The notes under the pieces were generated by a model. It searched no databases, was not told the origin of the DNA, and saw nothing but the letters and a program-made list of their open reading frames with translations. A stretch of DNA of 4,564 nt from a virus (taxonomy: Duplodnaviria > Heunggongvirae > Uroviricota > Caudoviricetes). Below are positions 1-4,564 of this stretch, piece by piece. The DNA is taken from IMG/VR virus record IMGVR_UViG_2660238078_000002, one strand, 5' to 3'. Each line of letters begins with the position of its first letter. The stretch's first letter is position 1. A program made the position numbers and the translations under genes.

Positions 1-18
1 ACGAGTATTTTTAGTCAT
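1..18 (-). CDS. 5' end of the next minus-strand gene (MTKNTR...), continuing beyond the left edge; function unknown
   Basis: ATG at 18..16 with AGAGGT (31..26) 7 nt upstream. Only six codons are in the window, so coding status rests on the RBS context alone. Confidence 0.4.
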
Positions 19-98
19 CCTGTTTACCTCTTTCTCAGGAAGTTTAGTCTCCAGGATTCCCGGGGCGGTTCACGTTGGGTTTTTCTGCTCATTATTAG

Positions 99-131
99 CT
101 CCTTCTGATGCCATTCTATTTCAGGAAGGAG
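99..131 (-). promoter_or_regulatory. Inverted repeat / RNA hairpin in the intergenic region downstream of the SLT gene; its 3' arm (on the minus-strand transcript) contains an AAGGAG Shine-Dalgarno
   Basis: Plus-strand ctccttctga (99..108) and tcaggaaggag (121..131) are reverse complements apart from a one-base bulge, with a 12-nt loop (109..120). No U-tract follows on the minus transcript, so it does not look like an intrinsic terminator. Confidence 0.3.
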
Positions 132-143
132 TGTCCGTTAAAC

Positions 144-1874
144 TCAGGCTACCTCAACTCTCTTTTCAATAGGGTCAAGGTTTTTCATCCCGCCAAGATC
201 TTCTGCCACCTGTTTGAGCATTGACCTTGTTGATGGCGCATCAATTTTTGCACCTGCAGGCATCGCCTTTTCAACATTGCGATAAAGCTGGTCGCTTCGT
301 TTCATCAGCGCAGACATTCTTCCATTGACCGTATCAATAAACTTGTCGCTCATACCAAGAGCATCTTTTGCACCGGAAACGCGATCAATTATCTCACCCG
401 CGCCCTGTGCTAGCTGCCTGATTGCTTCATTTTCCTGCACCTGTAGAGCAGAACCCGCACGGGACTTGATTGCTTGCTCAACTGCCTTGTATTGCTCGTT
501 CCCGGAAAAGTGTGAAGGGAGTAATGAATCAACATTAAGCCTTTCAGCAGACTCCAGAACTTCAGCCTGAGGATTGATATCTAGTTCATCAAGCGATGAA
601 GCGAGATTTGGCCTTTTTTGTGCTGCTACTGTGCGAACGACTTCCTCTGGGTTCTTCGTCGCAGGCGTCATTGGTACACCTTGTGCTACTCTTGCCTCTG
701 CGGCATGAACCGCAGGATTTGTTGCTGCAGCGGCATCACCGGAGAATGGTGATGTTTCTGTTGGCGCAGTGGTCGCTCTCTGTGCAGATGTTTTATTGCC
801 ACTAATTATATTTGATGCACCACGAACACCACGGGTAACGCCATTTATCAGGCCATGCGTAGCAATGCTAAGTCCGGCATTAATAGCGGCATTTTCGGCA
901 AAATCACCCCGTTGATTCGCCGCGTCAGCGAGAGAACCAATGACCATGTTTCCAGCTACACCTGCTCCAGGAACAAGATAACCGCCTATTGACTCTCCAG
1001 CTTGCGCGTAGGGGTCTGTCGGTCTGTCTACTGGACGATAAACATCATCCAATACTTTTGGCCCCCCAAGCCCCTGACTGATTGCATTAATCAGACTTGC
1101 GCCACCCTGCAATACGTCAAATGGTATGTTTACCAGACCACGACCAGCCTGTTCTGCAATTTGCCCTGCACTTTGACCACCAGTGAGCCAATCGCCAGCT
1201 TGTTGCATCAATGATGGTTCTTCCCGTGTTGGTGCATTATTGGCCTGATTAACTGTTTGTTGCTGAACAGGTTTCGGTGCGACAGAACTTACGGGTTGAG
1301 GTGGCTGCTGACTGGCTGCCTGCTGCTCAATCTGAGCAAATGGATTATTTGGGTCTGACTGCACACCTGATGCCGATACTTGTTCGGATGACTGTACTTC
1401 CAGTTGTGCAAACGGGTTGTTAGGGTCTTGCTGAGGATGTACCTTTGCAGAGGTGGCGCGCTGTTCGACTGTTGAGTCTGTCACCGGGTCACCAGCCCAT
1501 TGAGCAAAGCGATCATCAACGTAACCGCGGCCTTCAGGTCCTGGCGTATATTCACCACGCTTTGCCTTCATAACGTTGCCGGGACCGTCGTGATAAGCCT
1601 GAAGAGAGTCACGCCAGTTACCAAACTGCTGGTACATCTTTGCCAGATAGCGCGCGCCAGCGTCAGCCTGATATTCGGGGTTTTGCATTTGCTCATCGGT
1701 ATAACCCATATCACGCCATGTCCCAGGCATGACCTGAGTCAATCCTACAGCCCCGGCGGAGCTTACTGCGGCAGGGTTGTAAGAAGACTCCTTGGCACCC
1801 AGTGCAGTCATCAACCCTTCTGGCACACCGTAACGTGCGCCAGCCTGCTCTAACAAATCACGGTAATTAGCCAT
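144..1874 (-). CDS. Lytic transglycosylase (SLT/GH23 family 1) domain protein, 576 aa; probable virion-associated peptidoglycan-cleaving ejection protein
   Basis: N-terminal 100 aa carry the family-1 lytic transglycosylase signature: catalytic-type Glu-Ser (…[29 protein letters not shown]…, Glu codon at 1790..1788) and the AYNAGxG-like motif (AYHDGPGNV). This is followed by a Q/P/S-rich linker with a tandem peptide repeat, a Gly/Ala-rich hydrophobic segment and a charged helical C-terminus. ATG at 1874 abuts the upstream stop. Confidence 0.9.
   Translation of the reverse strand: MANYRDLLEQAGARYGVPEGLMTALGAKESSYNPAAVSSAGAVGLTQVMPGTWRDMGYTDEQMQNPEYQADAGARYLAKMYQQFGNWRDSLQAYHDGPGNVMKAKRGEYTPGPEGRGYVDDRFAQWAGDPVTDSTVEQRATSAKVHPQQDPNNPFAQLEVQSSEQVSASGVQSDPNNPFAQIEQQAASQQPPQPVSSVAPKPVQQQTVNQANNAPTREEPSLMQQAGDWLTGGQSAGQIAEQAGRGLVNIPFDVLQGGASLINAISQGLGGPKVLDDVYRPVDRPTDPYAQAGESIGGYLVPGAGVAGNMVIGSLADAANQRGDFAENAAINAGLSIATHGLINGVTRGVRGASNIISGNKTSAQRATTAPTETSPFSGDAAAATNPAVHAAEARVAQGVPMTPATKNPEEVVRTVAAQKRPNLASSLDELDINPQAEVLESAERLNVDSLLPSHFSGNEQYKAVEQAIKSRAGSALQVQENEAIRQLAQGAGEIIDRVSGAKDALGMSDKFIDTVNGRMSALMKRSDQLYRNVEKAMPAGAKIDAPSTRSMLKQVAEDLGGMKNLDPIEKRVEVA
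1332..1427 (-). repeat. Two copies of an imperfect direct repeat 72 bp apart, encoding the in-frame peptide repeat DPNNPFAQ(L/I)E within the SLT protein linker
   Basis: Plus-strand gcaaatggattatttgggtc (about 1336..1355) versus gcaaacgggttgttagggtc (about 1408..1427). These translate on the minus strand to residues 150-157 and 174-181 of the 576-aa protein. Confidence 0.6.
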
Positions 1875-3206
1875 TTACTGCCCCAAAGATGGAAGATATC
1901 CGTAGCGATTAATGAAGTCGATTGACAGCTCGGGGTGCTGCTTCAGGTAATCTATAGAAGCCTGAGGCGCTTCCACTCGCTTGATACCGTTTTGCTGAAC
2001 GTACTTACCAACCGCCTCATTACGCTTCTGGTTGAGCGTGTTCAGGATGACGCCAGCGTTGCGACGAAAGGACTCCTCGCTCTGCGAGTTCTGCAGCGAA
2101 CCAACAGCCTGGTCGAGCTTTTTGCCCTCGGCATCAGAAAGTGCGCCCATGCCTCGCATGGCCTGAACCGCTGTCAGGTATGCTTGTGATTTAAAGGTAT
2201 CAAGTCGTGCCTGAGTGTCTGCAGCCTGTGAGCCTGGAACGTTGGGGATTACTCCACGTAAGCCTGTAATGCTCTTAAGTGAAGGAGAACTAACGATATC
2301 GTTCAGAGTGAACATGCTGGTTGTGAGGGTGTTGATGCCGTCTTTGTAGCCATCATTTAGCGCTTGCTGCTTCTGCTGCAACTGCTGGTTGTTGGCTGCT
2401 ATGCGGCTCTGTATTTCCTGGCGCTTCAGGTCGTTAGTTTCTGCTGATAGCATCCGGTCAAGGCGCTTATTTTCGTTGTTAATGCGGTTTGTTTCTGCGT
2501 CCAGATTAATGCGCTGCTGACCTAAATTCGCCTGGATATCTTGTCCGCGCATTGTGATTGCCTGATTCCGAGCGGCGGTTTGCGAATCCAGATCCTGACC
2601 GCGCATGGTAACCTGGCGACCCTGCATTTTATCCTGTAGGTCAAAGTATTTTTCGGGCCCGAGACTGTTCATCCCCAGGTGATCGACAAATTCGCCGAAC
2701 TGCCGCGGGTTCTGTTGGTACATCTGAGCGACGTCATGAGGATTAACGCCAACACGAGCTAACTCACCGGCGTTGTTTTGCAGCCATGATTGCATTGCTT
2801 CTGGAGACGATGACGCAAGGCGTGCGCCAGCCGCTAAGGTGCCGATAGAATTACGCTGCTCTTCATCAATGAATCCCATGCCTTTACGAACGGATTCAAT
2901 CTGGTCTGGATATTGAGTAGCCAACTGACGCAAAGCACCGCGATCACCAGACGCATAAGCATTAGCGTACGCCTGCTGAAATTCTTTCTGCCGCTGAGCC
3001 TGCTTTTCCTGCTGAAAAACACCCGCAATACCTGAAAGACCTTGCAAAGCAGTCAGCCCAACATTGTTAGCGCCTGAACGCTCAATATCATTGTTCTGCC
3101 TGATAAGCTGAAGCGTATTGCCGATGTCATTTACGCTCGGAGCGTTTGAGTTGACGCCGCCGATACCAGCCAACAATCCGCCGTTTGTTCCTTGCCAAGT
3201 AGCCAT
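1875..3206 (-). CDS. Phage internal virion/ejection-type protein, 443 aa, Q/N/R-rich with probable coiled-coil centre
   Basis: ATG at 3206..3204, preceded by a purine-rich AAGGGGGAA 2 nt upstream, an unusually short spacer. Long ORF to TAA at 1877..1875, which abuts the next ATG (TAAATG). Central region is rich in Q/N/R/E/L with internal repeats (…TMRGQDLDSQ… / …TMRGQDIQAN…; RINLDAETNRINNENKRLDRMLSAETNDLKRQEIQ). Confidence 0.85.
   Translation of the reverse strand: MATWQGTNGGLLAGIGGVNSNAPSVNDIGNTLQLIRQNNDIERSGANNVGLTALQGLSGIAGVFQQEKQAQRQKEFQQAYANAYASGDRGALRQLATQYPDQIESVRKGMGFIDEEQRNSIGTLAAGARLASSSPEAMQSWLQNNAGELARVGVNPHDVAQMYQQNPRQFGEFVDHLGMNSLGPEKYFDLQDKMQGRQVTMRGQDLDSQTAARNQAITMRGQDIQANLGQQRINLDAETNRINNENKRLDRMLSAETNDLKRQEIQSRIAANNQQLQQKQQALNDGYKDGINTLTTSMFTLNDIVSSPSLKSITGLRGVIPNVPGSQAADTQARLDTFKSQAYLTAVQAMRGMGALSDAEGKKLDQAVGSLQNSQSEESFRRNAGVILNTLNQKRNEAVGKYVQQNGIKRVEAPQASIDYLKQHPELSIDFINRYGYLPSLGQ
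2533..2612 (-). repeat. Imperfect direct repeat 54 bp apart, encoding (V/I)TMRGQD(L/I) twice inside the 443-aa protein
   Basis: ccgcgcat occurs at 2545..2552 and 2599..2606 with similar flanks (cttgtccgcgcattgtgattgcctg versus atcctgaccgcgcatggtaacctggcg). In frame, consistent with a repeated heptad-like segment. Confidence 0.5.
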
Positions 3207-3215
3207 GATTCCCCC

Positions 3216-3981
3216 TTAAAACAACGAGCCAAGCAATCCGATACCAGCACCAATACCAGCGCCCCAAGGCGTTGATGTTCCCAAAAGGCTGGCAAGACCT
3301 GCACCGGCAATCGCACCAGACGTGCCACCGCTAATTGCAGTCTGAAGACTTGATGGTTTATTGGCATTAGCAGCGGCAAGAGCTGCGCTTTGCTGTGCAA
3401 TGCTGCTCATGTTGTTGGCGTACGTCTGCCCGGCGTTTGCCTGACCTTGCAGCGCACCAAGCCCAACGTTTGCCAGATTGTTGTAATTGCTCATCTGATT
3501 TGATAACCAAGACTGACCGAGTGTCGGCGCGATCGTAGCCAGTTGATTGCTTGTGGCTGTCGAACCAAGTCCACCCGTCGCCTCCGCAGCAGCAAGACTC
3601 TGGTANNNNNNNNNNNNNNNNNNNNNNNNNNNNNNNNNNNNNNNNNNNNNNNNNNNNNNNNNNNNNNNNNNNNNNNNNNNNNNNNNNNNNNNNNNNNNNN
3701 NNNNNNNNNNTAGAGTTGTAATACTGATTAAGTGCCTGCCCCTGACCTTCTAAACTGGAAAGGTTCTGAAGCTGGTTAACATACTGCTCCGCAAGAGGCG
3801 TGAACGGAGCAAGGTTTTTCATGATCGTCTGCCACTGCTGATTTTGCAGGTCTGCAGCATACTTCTGGGCTTCTGCTGCATACTTTGCGCTTTTATCAGA
3901 ACTGCCACCTTTCCCGCCTTTTTCAGGGCAATAAGGTTCCTCGCCGCGCAGTTTTCTGCCCAGCTTAAATGCATATAACAT
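3216..3981 (-). CDS. Phage internal/ejection-type protein with a Gly/Ala-rich glycine-zipper-like C-terminus; a single gene interrupted by an N-run (about 255 aa if the gap were exactly 105 nt)
   Basis: ATG at 3981..3979 with GGGAGA 5 nt upstream. N-terminal part MLYAFKLGRKLRGEEPYCPEKGGKGGSSDKSAKYAAEAQKYAADLQNQQWQTIMKNLAPFTPLAEQYVNQLQNLSSLEGQGQALNQYYNS runs into the gap at 3711. Below the gap a different frame is open from 3605 to TAA at 3218..3216 (YQSLAAAEATGGLGSTATSNQLATIAPTLGQSWLSNQMSNYNNLANVGLGALQG...GAGIGAGIGLLGSLF*). The track continuation of the upstream frame below the gap (PESCCCGGDGWTWFDSHK...) is not protein-like. The track's 92-aa ORF (3216..3494) is therefore the C-terminal part of this gene. 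Confidence 0.7.
3606..3710. other. Assembly gap or masked segment (105 N) inside a coding region
   Basis: A run of 105 N directly in the sequence. Protein-like frames on either side differ in phase, so the N-run length is a placeholder and not the true length. Confidence 0.95.
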
Positions 3982-3983
3982 GG

Positions 3984-4439
3984 CTATCTCCCGTGATTCA
4001 GGAAGTCGATTAGTTCTTCGCGTGTGGCGCTGTAAAAAGTCACGTCATCCACGCCTTTGAAGTATTTCTTGATGGTTCCTACACGCTTAAGGCCAATCAT
4101 TGCGCAGTACATCTGACCGTGTCGGAATTTGCGTGCAGCGAACGATGTTACGCACTGAACGGTGGTGTTAGTCAGAATGTATCGCCAGAACGCCAGCCCA
4201 ATTTCCTTGCTGAAGCCGCGAATCTCTGGCAGGTACATGGCGTGGCAATCTAATGTCAGCGGCTGAATCTCCTGATAGTAAACAATGCCGCCAAACTGAC
4301 CGTGCACGTTCACCTCAAAGTAACGGCATTCAGGTTTGTAGTCGTATCCATCACCGTTGTTGCTCCCGGCGATAATGTCAGGGTGATTTCCGACTGCTTC
4401 TATCAGGTCGATGTTTCGCGTTGGTTTGAATGTAATCAT
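3984..4439 (-). CDS. Hypothetical phage virion-module protein, 151 aa (first gene of the putative ejection/internal-protein cassette)
   Basis: The ORF track gives 3984..4442 starting at GTG. I prefer the ATG at 4439..4437, which has GGAG (4446..4443) 5 nt upstream and overlaps the upstream stop. The frame is open to TAG at 3986..3984. Translation MITFKPTRNIDLIEAVGNHPDIIAG... is protein-like; no motif I can name with certainty. Confidence 0.8.
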   Translation of the reverse strand: MITFKPTRNIDLIEAVGNHPDIIAGSNNGDGYDYKPECRYFEVNVHGQFGGIVYYQEIQPLTLDCHAMYLPEIRGFSKEIGLAFWRYILTNTTVQCVTSFAARKFRHGQMYCAMIGLKRVGTIKKYFKGVDDVTFYSATREELIDFLNHGR

Positions 4440-4564
4440 CACTGCTCCGCGATTATCTTGATGGTTGTGGCAGTAAACGCCGCACCATTCGACTGAATGG
4501 TTAACGTACTGCCATTTGTGGCAAGAAAGCCGTCTTTATCCACGCTGAAGAACGTAGCTAACAG
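4439..4564 (-). CDS. 3' end of an upstream gene (5' end lies beyond the right edge of the window); probable phage structural protein
   Basis: The only minus-strand frame open from 4564 down to a TGA at 4441..4439. Hand translation gives ...LLATFFSVDKDGFLATNGSTLTIQSNGAAFTATTIKIIAEQ*. The stop shares one base with the ATG of the next gene (TGATG), typical of coupled late-operon genes. Too short for the ORF track; function not assignable from 41 residues. Confidence 0.5.
   Translation of the reverse strand: MLATFFSVDKDGFLATNGSTLTIQSNGAAFTATTIKIIAEQ

Noticed and set aside
41-100. Possible intrinsic terminator or promoter between the SLT gene and the next gene
   Set aside because: The ccggggcgg/ttgggttttt stretch has no proper stem preceding the T-run on either strand. 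No convincing -35/-10 pair with 16-18 bp spacing was found by eye.
62-112. Alternative 14-codon ORF (MASEGANNEQKNPT) in the intergenic region
   Set aside because: No Shine-Dalgarno, and its start sits in the hairpin loop. The 22-codon ORF in the other frame is the better candidate and is itself only tentative.
325-570. Plus-strand ORF of 81 aa
   Set aside because: Lies entirely antisense within the SLT gene. The translation is Cys/Ser/Arg-rich and not protein-like, with no RBS.
596-805. Plus-strand ORF of 69 aa
   Set aside because: Antisense to the 576-aa gene; a low-complexity leucine-rich artefact of the opposite coding strand.
1002-1214. Plus-strand ORF of 70 aa
   Set aside because: Antisense within the SLT gene; no start context and unconvincing composition.
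1500-1853. Plus-strand ORF of 117 aa
   Set aside because: Antisense to the SLT catalytic-domain coding region, which has a clear signature on the minus strand. Most likely a shadow ORF.
1935-2189. Plus-strand ORF of 84 aa
   Set aside because: Antisense to the 443-aa gene; shadow ORF.
2834-3028. Minus-strand ORF of 64 aa
   Set aside because: Alternate frame nested inside the 443-aa gene; no independent RBS and an Arg/Ser-rich translation.
3131-3400. Minus-strand ORF of 89 aa
   Set aside because: Out-of-frame overlap across the junction of two well-supported genes; the translation is not protein-like.
3547-3753. Plus-strand ORF of 68 aa spanning the N-run
   Set aside because: Mostly undetermined bases and antisense to the real gene.
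3367-3981. The 204-aa ORF taken as a complete gene
   Set aside because: Its portion below the N-run (PESCCCGGDGWTWFDSHK...) is an out-of-frame read-through caused by the placeholder gap length. The genuine continuation is the frame of the 92-aa ORF.
4440-4442. GTG start for the 151-aa gene, as in the ORF track
   Set aside because: The adjacent ATG at 4439..4437 has better spacing to GGAG and overlaps the upstream stop. The GTG is probably just the last sense codon region of the upstream gene.
4302-4496. Plus-strand ORF of 64 aa
   Set aside because: Antisense to the 151-aa gene and the upstream gene's end; shadow ORF.
1-4564. CRISPR array, tRNA, insertion sequence or integrase
   Set aside because: No regularly spaced repeats, no cloverleaf-like segments, no terminal inverted repeats and no transposase or integrase-like ORF. 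The window is essentially all structural coding sequence.

Overview
The window is one tightly packed, minus-strand operon that reads as a tailed-phage (or prophage) virion/ejection-protein module. Reading in the direction of transcription (high to low coordinate): the 3' end of an upstream structural gene (4439..4564), a 151-aa protein (3984..4439), a roughly 255-aa protein with a glycine-zipper-like C-terminus that is interrupted by a 105-N assembly gap (3216..3981), a 443-aa Q-rich probable coiled-coil protein (1875..3206), a 576-aa protein with a clear N-terminal family-1 lytic transglycosylase (SLT) domain (144..1874), then a 125-bp intergenic region and the first six codons of the next gene (1..18). 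Gene junctions are overlapping or nearly so, suggesting translational coupling. Gene order and sizes parallel the P22-type 14/7/20/16 ejection cassette, but this is from memory and no search was possible. No tRNA, rRNA, CRISPR array or transposase is visible. Points worth follow-up are the SLT fusion, two in-frame tandem peptide repeats, the glycine-rich putative membrane segments, the gap-induced frame break, and a hairpin that could sequester the Shine-Dalgarno of a 22-codon ORF just upstream of the next gene.
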